Origin: Candidatus Zixiibacteriota bacterium
GTDB taxonomy: Bacteria > Zixibacteria > MSB-5A5 > UBA10806
Assembly: GCA_020348065.1 (NCBI GenBank)
Contig: CP070742.1
Location: forward strand, 2,696,094 to 2,760,093
Length of the DNA stretch: 64,000 bases
Direction of reading: 5' to 3'
This document shows positions 38,402-47,824 of this stretch, piece by piece. Position numbers and translations under genes: made by a program. The number at the start of each line of letters is the position of its first letter. The first letter of the stretch is position 1. The notes below the pieces were generated by a model. The model had not been told where the DNA came from, did no database searches, and worked only from the letters and a program-made list of their open reading frames with translations.

Positions 38402-39645
38402 ATTCCTCCTTTTACGTCGATCCTTTCAGGAACCAAAAAACACGCATCTCTCAAAACAGCAATATTAGCTGTGCCGCCGAAATAATCAAGAGCATCTCTT
38501 AACGCGTCCTGCGGCGAACATTTCGGCACAAAATACACTTTTCTAATTACGTTGTCATCCAATTTCGTAACATACCAGATTTTTATTTTTTCAAGCCGCC
38601 TGGCGGTCTTGATAAGTTTGTGAATTCCAAAGCGGTTATCGATCAATGCCGCATCCGATAAGGCTGTCTCAGGAGTCGGGTAATTCTCCGCCAGCTCAAC
38701 GAAATAAGGCGACCCGATACCCTCATCACAGGCCCCAACCACAACTATTATGCCGCCGTCGGATACCGCTTCAGCCCCGTGCTCCTGCGCTTTTTGCAGC
38801 TGATATAGATTAATATCAAGAGGATATTCGCCAATAGCGAACACGATATCGAAAGTTTTGGTTATCGGTATAGAATATATATCCCGCGCCAGCTTCGAGG
38901 CCTTGAGAAAGGTATCCTTAAGATTTCCGCAAAACAGGTCTATAATTTCGCCTTTTCGCGATAATACGAGCTGGATTGAAAATATCGGCGCTTTAACAAC
39001 CATGTCGGCAGCTTCCACGAGGTCAAGATGCACCGGGTTATTCTCGAGATTAAGGCTCTTCGCCTTCTCCGATTTGGCCAGGCTGTGATTGGCGACTACG
39101 GTCTCCCGTCCCGCCAGCCCGGGAACAATCGATTTTCTGCCTCCTGTAAACCCGGCGAAAAAATGGGGTTCGACGGAGTTAATGCATATAACTGCTTCGG
39201 CTTCCAGGAATTTCCGGTTTATCTCTACCGTCGTACCAGATGATGTTAACCCGATTCTCTCCAGATGGTTTTTATCATCACAATTATGACTTGCGACTTT
39301 CGATTTCAATTTATCATACAGGTCGCCAAGTATCTGTTTCAGGTTTTCTTCCGTAAGAACATCATGAGTGCCGGTTGCCGCGAGAATCCGGACGTTATCA
39401 ACCGGCAGAAAATCAAGCAGGATTTTAAGGATTTTCTCTGTGGGGACTCTTCTGGTTATATCGTTTATAATTATTAAGACTTTTTTGCCGCCGAATTCCT
39501 TACGGCGGTCCAGATACTCTTTTTCGATTTTAGCATATACCTCGCTATCCGGAATAGGCCTATGATCATTGCCCGACAATATCGCGGTATCGTCGGGAAA
39601 TTCCATCTTGATGATTTCACCGCCGTATGGGAAATCTATCGTCAT
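38398..39645 (-). CDS. larA: LarA-family nickel-pincer-nucleotide-dependent 2-hydroxyacid racemase/epimerase (lactate racemase homolog)
   Basis: 415 aa. LarA catalytic/cofactor residues are conserved in context: ATGTHD (His), FFAGFTGGRK (the NPN-tethering Lys), and ANHS (second His about 16 aa later). The stop overlaps the mdh start (ATGA). Confidence 0.65.
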   Translation of the reverse strand: MTIDFPYGGEIIKMEFPDDTAILSGNDHRPIPDSEVYAKIEKEYLDRRKEFGGKKVLIIINDITRRVPTEKILKILLDFLPVDNVRILAATGTHDVLTEENLKQILGDLYDKLKSKVASHNCDDKNHLERIGLTSSGTTVEINRKFLEAEAVICINSVEPHFFAGFTGGRKSIVPGLAGRETVVANHSLAKSEKAKSLNLENNPVHLDLVEAADMVVKAPIFSIQLVLSRKGEIIDLFCGNLKDTFLKASKLARDIYSIPITKTFDIVFAIGEYPLDINLYQLQKAQEHGAEAVSDGGIIVVVGACDEGIGSPYFVELAENYPTPETALSDAALIDNRFGIHKLIKTARRLEKIKIWYVTKLDDNVIRKVYFVPKCSPQDALRDALDYFGGTANIAVLRDACFLVPERIDVKGGI

Positions 39646-39654
39646 TTTGGCAGA

Positions 39655-40059
39655 TCAGGAAAAGAAAAAAGCTATTTCGGTTTTGGCGGATTCCTCGCCG
39701 TCGGAGGCGTGGACGGAGTTTTTGGTGAGGCTCAGTGCAAAATCGTGGCGAATGGTGCCCGGAGCCGCTTTCGCGGGATCCGTGGACCCGATTAGAGATC
39801 TGATTTTCGATACCGTATCACCGTCGGATTCCAGAACCATGGCGACGATGGGGCCGGAGGACATGAATTGACACAGTTCTTCAAGAAAAGGCCGCCCCTC
39901 ATGGACTGCATAAAATTTCCTTGCCTCGTCATAAGTTAATCTGACCATTTTCATGGCAAGGATTTTAAATCGCGCCGATTCCAACCGCGAAATAATCCGG
40001 CCAATAAGATCTCGTTCAATCGCATCCGGCTTAATTATCAAAAGCGATTTTTTTCTCAC
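39655..40059 (-). CDS. ndk: Nucleoside diphosphate kinase
   Basis: 134 aa. It has the NDK active-site region ...NSVHASD... and an overall family match. Confidence 0.9.
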   Translation of the reverse strand: MRKKSLLIIKPDAIERDLIGRIISRLESARFKILAMKMVRLTYDEARKFYAVHEGRPFLEELCQFMSSGPIVAMVLESDGDTVSKIRSLIGSTDPAKAAPGTIRHDFALSLTKNSVHASDGEESAKTEIAFFFS

Positions 40060-40624
40060 TCCAGATTCTCCTGGATTCTAAACCAAGCTTAAAACCGAGA
40101 TCGCAGGCCATTTTGTTTTTTTCCTCGGTTCCGAGCGGCGCGCGATCCAGAACCGCATTTTCAATAGATTCCCTGGAACAGATTCCTGAAATGGCCGCCA
40201 CCGCCGCAAGTGATACCACGTTAGCGACTACGGGAGTCCCGACCTTTTCCCTTGCCGTATTTATAAAAGGAAGCGCATGCGCTTTCTGGGTTGGAAGCTG
40301 GCGGACTCTATCGGAATCGACAATCAATAATCCCTCTTCCTTCAGATCCCCGAAATACCCGTCGCAGGATTCTTGTGTCAAACATAGTAATAGATCGAGC
40401 TCGGTTGTCTTGGGGTAATAGATTTCGCCATCGGAAATAACTATATCCGATCTTGACGCTCCGCCGCGCGCCTCGGGGCCGTAAGACTGTGTCTGAGTTA
40501 CATTTTTCCCTTCATAGACGCCCATAGCCTCCGCCAGTATAACACCGGCAAGAACAAGCCCCTGCCCCCCGGAACCCGAGAGACGGATTTCATATCTGCC
40601 GTTATCTTCCTCGGTCTTTTTCAT
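40031..40624 (-). CDS. korC: 2-oxoglutarate:ferredoxin oxidoreductase gamma subunit
   Basis: 197 aa with the GSGGQG motif of the OFOR gamma family. The operon order D-A-B-C matches oorDABC. Confidence 0.7.
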   Translation of the reverse strand: MKKTEEDNGRYEIRLSGSGGQGLVLAGVILAEAMGVYEGKNVTQTQSYGPEARGGASRSDIVISDGEIYYPKTTELDLLLCLTQESCDGYFGDLKEEGLLIVDSDRVRQLPTQKAHALPFINTAREKVGTPVVANVVSLAAVAAISGICSRESIENAVLDRAPLGTEEKNKMACDLGFKLGLESRRIWSEKKIAFDN

Positions 40625-40659
40625 TATCTTCTCATTCGTTCAAATCAAAATCGGATAAT

Positions 40660-41523
40660 CTAAGATTCCTGCAGCTGCCGATTCTCTTCCTCTTCCTCAT
40701 TAAACTTGTCGATGATTTTTTGATATTCGCTTACATATTCCGGCCTGAAAACCTCATGCAGCTTGCCGGTAACAAATTTGCCCTCCAGCTCCTCCCTGGT
40801 CATTCTAGCGGCGGCAGACGCCGGCACCGCATATTCCTTTTGCCATTGAATCATCTTAACCGCCGATCCTTCGCGATTGAGCCGTCCGTATTGCGTATGG
40901 CAATTTGAAATCACTTCCACAAAAGAAAATCCATTATGGGAAATCGCCTGGCTGATAAGGCGGGACAATTGCGAGGCATGATATACCGTGCCCCTGGCAA
41001 CATAGGTCGCGCCCGAGGATTTGGCCAGGTCCGAGGGATCGAATGATTGCTCGATCATTCCATAAGGAGCGGTGGAGGCGTTTTTGGCGAAAGGCGTCGT
41101 GGGAGAATACTGCCCGCCGGTCATACCGTATATGTAGTTATTCACAAGGATGCAGGTGATATCAATGTTTCTCCGGGCGGCGTGAATAAAATGATTTCCG
41201 CCGATGGCCAGAAGATCCCCGTCTCCCGATATAACTATTACATGCAGTTTGGGATTGGCAAGTTTTACGCCGGTGGCAAACGCGATCGCCCTGCCGTGAG
41301 TTGTATGCAGAGTATTAAAATCGAGATATACCGGGATTCGAGCGGTGCAGCCTATACCCGACACCACGGACACATCATCTTTATTAAAGTTAAGCGAATC
41401 AATAGCCCGGATTAGAGCCCCCATGGCTATACCTATCCCGCATCCCGGGCACCAGACGTTGGGAAACGTCTTCTTGGGTCTTAAATATTTATGTGTAACG
41501 TTGGATACCTGCTCAACCATCAA
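40660..41523 (-). CDS. korB: 2-oxoglutarate:ferredoxin oxidoreductase beta subunit (TPP-binding)
   Basis: 287 aa with the TPP motif GDGD...N.IYGMTGGQ and N-terminal Cys ligands. Confidence 0.8.
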   Translation of the reverse strand: MMVEQVSNVTHKYLRPKKTFPNVWCPGCGIGIAMGALIRAIDSLNFNKDDVSVVSGIGCTARIPVYLDFNTLHTTHGRAIAFATGVKLANPKLHVIVISGDGDLLAIGGNHFIHAARRNIDITCILVNNYIYGMTGGQYSPTTPFAKNASTAPYGMIEQSFDPSDLAKSSGATYVARGTVYHASQLSRLISQAISHNGFSFVEVISNCHTQYGRLNREGSAVKMIQWQKEYAVPASAAARMTREELEGKFVTGKLHEVFRPEYVSEYQKIIDKFNEEEEENRQLQES

Positions 41524-42695
41524 TGACGCTCCTCTTTTAACTTGTCGAGTATCTGCTGAGGAGTGATCAATTCGCCGTCAAACCTGTTTAAACCGATGAT
41601 TTTCACATGACGATATCGTAATCTCTTAACTTCTCTGATGATCTGCCCCTGATTCAACTCGGGCACAATGACCAGATCCACCCGCTCCAGGTATTCTCTT
41701 ACAATCTGATCCGGGAACGGCCAGATGATCCTGGGCTGTATCAAACCGACCTTAAAGCGTCTTTTGCGCGCCATCCTGATAGCCTGCCGGGCGGCGCGCG
41801 CCGTCGAACCATACGCGAATATCATTATATGAGCGTCATCCATCATTTCCACTCTAACGTCGGTCAACTCATCCAGGTGTCTCATAGTTTTCAATCTGAG
41901 TTTTTCGAGTTTTCTGACTATTTCAGTCTTGCTGGCCGTGGGAAATCCATATTCATCGTGAGTCAAACCGGTCAGGTGAAACCTGTAACCCTCTCCGAAA
42001 GACGCCATAGGCGAACGAAAATCCGGGGTAATTTCAAAATGCTTATACCATTCGGGAGGTTCGTACGGTTTCGGAACCGTTACAATATTCAGTTCCTCCT
42101 GAGACGGTAATTTAACTATTTCCCTCATATGTCCCAGAACTTCATCGGAAAGCACGGTAACAGGTATCCGGTATTCTTCCGATAGACTGAACGCTTTAAC
42201 CGTATAATCAAAACACTCTTTTACCGATGAGGGTACGATAACGATAGGGAAATAATCACCATGCGTACCCCATTTGGATTGCATAACATCGCCCTGAGCG
42301 ACTTTCGTCGGCAATCCGGTCGACGGGCCTCCGCGCATAACATTAACGATGACGCACGGAACCTCCGCCATATAGGCATAACCGAGATTTTCCTGCATCA
42401 AGGAATAGCCCGGTCCGGATGTCGATGTCATGGCCTTGGCGCCCGCGATAGAGGCTCCGATAATGGCGGCGATGGACGCTATTTCATCTTCCATCTGAAT
42501 AAACTTTCCGCCCACCCTGGGCAGAAGCCTGGAAAGTATTTCGGCGATTTCGGTTGAAGGCGTGATAGGATAACCGGCAAAGAAACGACAACCCGCGGCC
42601 AGGGCGCCGAGCGCGCAGGCTTCGTTTCCCTGCATTAAGAGCGGCACATTTTCTTTATAGAATGATTTTTTGCGTTTCGTTTCGACTTCAGCCAA
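41520..42695 (-). CDS. korA: 2-oxoglutarate:ferredoxin oxidoreductase alpha subunit
   Basis: 391 aa. It has the OFOR alpha domain pattern and overlaps korB by 4 nt. Confidence 0.8.
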   Translation of the reverse strand: MAEVETKRKKSFYKENVPLLMQGNEACALGALAAGCRFFAGYPITPSTEIAEILSRLLPRVGGKFIQMEDEIASIAAIIGASIAGAKAMTSTSGPGYSLMQENLGYAYMAEVPCVIVNVMRGGPSTGLPTKVAQGDVMQSKWGTHGDYFPIVIVPSSVKECFDYTVKAFSLSEEYRIPVTVLSDEVLGHMREIVKLPSQEELNIVTVPKPYEPPEWYKHFEITPDFRSPMASFGEGYRFHLTGLTHDEYGFPTASKTEIVRKLEKLRLKTMRHLDELTDVRVEMMDDAHIMIFAYGSTARAARQAIRMARKRRFKVGLIQPRIIWPFPDQIVREYLERVDLVIVPELNQGQIIREVKRLRYRHVKIIGLNRFDGELITPQQILDKLKEERH

Positions 42696-42716
42696 GTTTT
42701 ACCTCACCCATATCTA

Positions 42717-42980
42717 TCATTTTTCCGAAGACGTTATGGCAAATTCAGGGCAATGCAGCCAGCATATGGAACATTGAGTGCAGTCAAGACCCCTGGTCAC
42801 AACGGGATAACCATCTCGATCCGTATCGAAAACCTTTTGCGGACACATTTCAACACATATAAAACAGGCTTTACACCATTTTTTGTATATAACTACGGGG
42901 TCGGAACGTTTTTTCCACTTCTTTTTTACTTCTACCTTTTCGGTGTCTGCCATTTGAGATACTCTTTTGGTTAGAACCAA
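42717..42980 (-). CDS. korD: 2-oxoacid:ferredoxin oxidoreductase delta subunit (2x[4Fe-4S] ferredoxin)
   Basis: 87 aa with two CxxCxxC...CP motifs (CKACFICVEMCP; CTQCSICWLHCP). Confidence 0.75.
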   Translation of the reverse strand: MVLTKRVSQMADTEKVEVKKKWKKRSDPVVIYKKWCKACFICVEMCPQKVFDTDRDGYPVVTRGLDCTQCSICWLHCPEFAITSSEK

Positions 42981-42986
42981 TCCGAC

Positions 42987-44063
42987 TTACTTCCTTTTCA
43001 AGATTATTTTCTGTTTCTTTTTAACTGCGACCTTCTTTTTTGCCGTTTTCTTAGTCGCTTTCTTTTTTGTGGTCTTTTTTGTCTTCTTTACGACCTTCTT
43101 CGCCGTTTTTTTTGCCTTCTTTATAACCTTTTTCACCGTCTTCTTTTTGGCGGCCTTCTTTTTCGCTTTTTTATGAGCCGCTTTTTCCCTGACTGCTTCA
43201 AGTTTCTCTTTTAAAAGTATCGGCAACTGGGACGGAATATCCGCCACCGGAACACCGACGCTGTTCAAAGCTGCAATTTTATCGCCCGCCAAACCGGAGG
43301 AGCCCGAAATAATGGCACCGGCATGCCCCATTCTCTTTCCGGGAGGTGCGGTACGTCCGGCAATGAACCCGACGACCGGCTTTTTCATCTTCTTGTCAAT
43401 GAACTCCGCGGCCATCTCCTCGTCGGAGCCGCCAATTTCCCCAATCATAACAACTGCCTCGGTTCCCGGATCGTTCTCGAAAGCTTCAAGACAATCGATA
43501 AAATTAGTGCCGATTATCTGGTCTCCGCCTATACCGATACATGTCGATTGACCGAAACCGGCCAGGGTTAGATTGTATACGACCTCGTAGGTCAAGGTTC
43601 CAGAACGCGAAACGACGCCTATTTTCCCCTTTTTATGGATCTGGGCCGGCATTATGCCGACCTTGGTCAATCCCGGAGAAATAATTCCCGGACAATTCGG
43701 TCCGATAAGACGGATGCCTCTATGTTTTAAGAAGTGATATATCTTCATCATATCGTTTGCCGGGATGCCTTCAGTTATGCATACGATCAGTTTTATGCCT
43801 GCGTCCGCGGCTTCATAAATGGCGTCGACGGCAAAAGCGGGAGGAACGTAAATGATGGACGTATTGGCCCTTGTCGCTTTGACAGCCTCCTTCATGGAAT
43901 CAAAAACAGGTATGTCATCCAGTTTGGTTCCGCCTTTACCCGGCGTTACGCCGCCCACTATTTTGGTACCGTATTTAACCATCTGACGAGTATGGAACGC
44001 CCCGTCTCGTCCGGTTATGCCCTGAACTATCACTCTGGTTTTATTATCTGCAAAAATAGCCAT
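42987..44063 (-). CDS. sucD: Succinyl-CoA synthetase alpha subunit with a lysine-rich histone-H1-like C-terminal tail of about 70 aa
   Basis: 358 aa. The core has the CoA-binding site and the phosphohistidine loop (MGHAGAI). After residue 290 or so the sequence is [26 protein letters not shown]... Confidence 0.9.
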   Translation of the reverse strand: MAIFADNKTRVIVQGITGRDGAFHTRQMVKYGTKIVGGVTPGKGGTKLDDIPVFDSMKEAVKATRANTSIIYVPPAFAVDAIYEAADAGIKLIVCITEGIPANDMMKIYHFLKHRGIRLIGPNCPGIISPGLTKVGIMPAQIHKKGKIGVVSRSGTLTYEVVYNLTLAGFGQSTCIGIGGDQIIGTNFIDCLEAFENDPGTEAVVMIGEIGGSDEEMAAEFIDKKMKKPVVGFIAGRTAPPGKRMGHAGAIISGSSGLAGDKIAALNSVGVPVADIPSQLPILLKEKLEAVREKAAHKKAKKKAAKKKTVKKVIKKAKKTAKKVVKKTKKTTKKKATKKTAKKKVAVKKKQKIILKRK

Positions 44064-44093
44064 TTTTCTACCTCTTATTTTAACTATCAGCTT

Positions 44094-45224
44094 TTAGGCC
44101 GCTTTTTCCAACGCCATTTTAACGGCTTCTTCCATGGATGTAGTCGCCTGCAGTCCCACGCTTTTTAAAATCTGCCTGGCTTCATCCTCGTTGGTACCTG
44201 TTAACCTGACCACAATAGGGACATTGGGGTGAAGATGCTCGACAGCCTGAACAATACCGTTGGCCACATCATCACATCTGGTTATACCTCCGAAAATATT
44301 GAATAGAATAATTTTCACTTTCGGTTCCCCGATAATAATTTTCATGGCCGTTATGACTTTTTCGGGAGACGATGATCCGCCGATATCAAGGAAATTGGCC
44401 GGTTCGCCGCCGAAATGCTTGACCAGATCCATGGTAGCCATGGCCAGACCGGCCCCGTTGACACAGCAACCGACATTGCCGTCGAGCTTGACAAAGGAAA
44501 GATCCGCCTTTTTTGCTTCGATTTCGTCCGGATCTTCGGCGTCGAGATCGCGGAATTCCTCAAGATCAGGATGACGATACAAGCCGTTATCGTCAAGGTT
44601 AATCTTGGCATCAAGAGCGATCAGCTTGCCTTCCCTGTCGACTATCAGGGGATTTATTTCGGCGAGAGACGCGTCGCTGTGAATAAAAACATCATATAAT
44701 TTTAGAATAATAGAGGCACACTGGCGCGCGAGTTTGAAATCATCATATACGAACATCCCCAGCCGCGTGGCCTCGAATCCACGAAGACCCATGATGGGAT
44801 TGACCTCGAATTTCATGATCTTTTCGGGAGTTTCCCTGGCCACCTGCTCGATATCGATTCCTCCCGCTGGAGAAACCATCACCACTGCCTTTTTCGATAC
44901 GCGGTCCAGAATAATCCCGACATACGCTTCATTGACTATATCCAGGGCTTCCGAAACAAGAATCTTTTTTACCGGTAATCCCTTTATCTCCATTTTAAGT
45001 ATTTCCTCGGCGTTGAAATAAGCGTCATCCGGTTCGGCGCAGTATTTTATGCCACCGGCCTTGCCCCTGCCACCGACGTGCACCTGCGCTTTGACCATGA
45101 CTGCTTTCTCATACTTTACGGCCAGTTGCCGCGCTTCCTCCGCAGAATTCGTCACATCTCCTTTGGGAATCGGAATGCCGAACCTGGCGAAGATTTCCTT
45201 GGCCTGATATTCGTGTATTTTCAT
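44094..45224 (-). CDS. sucC: Succinyl-CoA synthetase beta subunit (ATP-grasp)
   Basis: 376 aa, beginning MKIHEYQAKEIFARFGIPIPKG, the canonical SucC start. Confidence 0.9.
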   Translation of the reverse strand: MKIHEYQAKEIFARFGIPIPKGDVTNSAEEARQLAVKYEKAVMVKAQVHVGGRGKAGGIKYCAEPDDAYFNAEEILKMEIKGLPVKKILVSEALDIVNEAYVGIILDRVSKKAVVMVSPAGGIDIEQVARETPEKIMKFEVNPIMGLRGFEATRLGMFVYDDFKLARQCASIILKLYDVFIHSDASLAEINPLIVDREGKLIALDAKINLDDNGLYRHPDLEEFRDLDAEDPDEIEAKKADLSFVKLDGNVGCCVNGAGLAMATMDLVKHFGGEPANFLDIGGSSSPEKVITAMKIIIGEPKVKIILFNIFGGITRCDDVANGIVQAVEHLHPNVPIVVRLTGTNEDEARQILKSVGLQATTSMEEAVKMALEKAA

Positions 45225-45307
45225 CCTGAATCTCCCTTAACCCCCATTTGAATTTACGGGATCGTTTTTCCTCAAAAAAATTAATCTTGTAATAAGTGAA
45301 ATTTTTC

Positions 45308-46666
45308 TCAAATGTCAATGGAATTGCGTAAAAAATCCGCGGCTTTCGATAATAAAATTTCCCTGGTATTCATCTGCGGCTCATCCAGCGCTATTTCAAG
45401 CAGTCCATTAAGGATCTGACCGATCAGAGGCCCTTCCTCAAGGCCGAATTTCTCCATCAAGTCGTTGCCATTAATCGCCAGATCCCTAACGCCAAAAGGC
45501 GATTTTTTCTCAATTTCGGAGGTGATTTTAGCCTCGAAATCATCCACCTCCGCGGGATCCTGTCCCAAACCCTGGGCGATGATATCGGCTCGTCTGAGAT
45601 CCAGAAGATCATAGATCAAATCGATTCCGACAGATTTTATCAGACGTCGAACCCCCTTTTCGCCAGCCAGATCGCTGAACATATGCTTTTCCACCAGGAT
45701 TCTTATCTGGTCTATTAAATCGTTGGAATATTTAAGGTTTCGCATCAATTCGACAGCCATTTTGGTCGAAAGTCGATCATGGCCATAGAATGTGGCCCCA
45801 TTTTCAACTAACTCTCTTGTGTCGGGTTTGCCGAGATCGTGAAACAAAGCCGCCAGCCTGACATTGAGCTTGTTAGGCGCGTTATCAACACATACCATGG
45901 TATGATCGAAAACGTCCCATCTGTGGTATCCGCCGGGTTGTTCTACTCCCACGCATTTTGCAAGATAGGGCATTATTCGTTCCAGCACTCCGACTTCAAG
46001 AAGGTATCGAAAGCCGATGGAGGGCTTATCGGCCTTGAGAAGCATTTTATTTAACTCCTCGGAAATCCTTTCCGGTGAAATCGTATCGATAAGATGAGCG
46101 GCCTCTTTCATTTTTTGCAGAGTCTCCGATTCGATCTTGAATTCGAACCGCGCGGCAAACTGGGCTCCCCTAAGAATTCTTAGCGGATCTTCGACGATGG
46201 AATCGGGAAAAACAATTCTGATTATTTTTTTTCCGATATCCTCCCGGCCGCCGAAGGGGTCGATTATCTCGCCGGACGGAATGGCGCGGGCAATGGCATT
46301 GATGGTGAAATCGCGCCTTTTGAGGTCTTCTTCGATCGGTAGATTGGGGTCATAGTCGACACTAAAATCCCGGTGCGCGGTTCCGGTGGAAATCTCTTTT
46401 CTGGGAATCACGACATCGACCGTGTTTTTCGCGCCCCGTTGGGTAAACTTAATGACTCCGAAAGACTTACCAACCAGATCGACTCGCCCGAAATCGTCCA
46501 GGATAGCGGCCAGCCGATCATACGGTATTCCCGTGACCAGATAGTCGCGGTCCTTTATTTCGATGGAGGGATCTATCAGAGAATCGCGGACAGAGCCGCC
46601 GACCTCGTAGAGTTTGCCCCGAGCATTTATTTTCTTTATTAATTCGGGATTGAGAGAATCTGACAT
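45308..46666 (-). CDS. cca: CCA-adding tRNA nucleotidyltransferase (polbeta NTase plus HD domain)
   Basis: The NTase motif GG.VRD and the HD motif LAALFHDLGKP are present. The ORF-track start at 46723 adds 19 unlikely residues. The ATG at 46666 (MSDSLNPELIKK) is the preferred start. Confidence 0.8.
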   Translation of the reverse strand: MSDSLNPELIKKINARGKLYEVGGSVRDSLIDPSIEIKDRDYLVTGIPYDRLAAILDDFGRVDLVGKSFGVIKFTQRGAKNTVDVVIPRKEISTGTAHRDFSVDYDPNLPIEEDLKRRDFTINAIARAIPSGEIIDPFGGREDIGKKIIRIVFPDSIVEDPLRILRGAQFAARFEFKIESETLQKMKEAAHLIDTISPERISEELNKMLLKADKPSIGFRYLLEVGVLERIMPYLAKCVGVEQPGGYHRWDVFDHTMVCVDNAPNKLNVRLAALFHDLGKPDTRELVENGATFYGHDRLSTKMAVELMRNLKYSNDLIDQIRILVEKHMFSDLAGEKGVRRLIKSVGIDLIYDLLDLRRADIIAQGLGQDPAEVDDFEAKITSEIEKKSPFGVRDLAINGNDLMEKFGLEEGPLIGQILNGLLEIALDEPQMNTREILLSKAADFLRNSIDI

Positions 46667-46820
46667 TTCGGTTGACCGCCTTATATAGGCGACATATAAT
46701 ACGCATAATAAATTTAAATGCAAATTTTTTTAAGGGGAATGACTAATATAGAAAAAAACTCAGCATATTTACGCCATATTCAATTTCAAATGATAATTAT
46801 TTTCAAACGATTTTTATTAT

Positions 46821-47792
46821 CTACCGCGTAATCCTCGTCCCGGCATCGCCCATCACCGCCTCGAAACCTTTTTCGAGCGAGGTTATAATCACTTTCTTGC
46901 CGCCGTTTTCGAGAAACTTGATAGCGGCCTGGATCTTGGGCCCCATGGAGCCGGGCGGGAAATGCCCCTCGGTAAAATACTTCTTTATATCGGAAAGGGT
47001 AACATCGCCGAGCTCGGTCTGGTCCGGTTTGCCGAAATTCAATGATACCTGCTCGACCTCAGTAAGAATAAGCAGAAGCTCCGCTTCTATCTCTCGTGCC
47101 ATAACCGCGGCGGCGAAATCCTTGTCTATGACGGCATCGACTCCCATCAAACGGCCCTCTTTGCGGATTACCGGTATTCCGCCCCCGCCGGCCGCTATAA
47201 CTATGGTACCGCCATGAACCAGCTTTTTCACGGTGGCGCCTTCCACCAGGGCTATAGGAGTAGGCGAGGGCACAACGTGCCGCCAGCGATCGTCGTTGGG
47301 GAACTGCGCCACGGCGCCCCAGCCCATTTCCACCTGCAGTTTCTCCGCCTTCTCTTTATCATAAAACTGCCCGATAAACTTGGTCGGGTTCTTGAAAGCA
47401 GGGTCGTTCTCATCGACGAGGACCTGCGATACCAGGGTTACAACATCCCTTTCGATACCCTCTGCCTTCAGACGGTTCTGCAGGCACTGGGCGATCATAT
47501 AACCCATACCGCCCTGCAGGTCGGCGTCGCAGATATACAAAGGCAGTATCGGGGCTTTGCCGCGGGCGAGCTCGACCCGCAGGAGCGCGTTACCGACCTG
47601 CGGGCCGTTGCCGTGAGTTAGAGCGAGCTGATAGCCGTTTTTTATCAGTTCCACAATCGGCGCCAGGCTGTTGTAGGTGTTCACGAACTGGTTGGGGATG
47701 GTGTCTTCTTTATCGCGGTTGGAGATGGCGTTCCCGCCGAAGGCGATCACAGCCCTCTTGGCGGCGTTTGTTTTGTCTTTTTTCGGCATCAT
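46821..47792 (-). CDS. arcC: Carbamate kinase
   Basis: 323 aa with AFGGNAI at the N-terminus, a THGNGPQVG block, and the amino-acid kinase family fold. Confidence 0.8.
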   Translation of the reverse strand: MMPKKDKTNAAKRAVIAFGGNAISNRDKEDTIPNQFVNTYNSLAPIVELIKNGYQLALTHGNGPQVGNALLRVELARGKAPILPLYICDADLQGGMGYMIAQCLQNRLKAEGIERDVVTLVSQVLVDENDPAFKNPTKFIGQFYDKEKAEKLQVEMGWGAVAQFPNDDRWRHVVPSPTPIALVEGATVKKLVHGGTIVIAAGGGGIPVIRKEGRLMGVDAVIDKDFAAAVMAREIEAELLLILTEVEQVSLNFGKPDQTELGDVTLSDIKKYFTEGHFPPGSMGPKIQAAIKFLENGGKKVIITSLEKGFEAVMGDAGTRITR

Positions 47793-47824
47793 GTATTCAA
47801 CGAATCGAACCGATTCCGGTTCTC

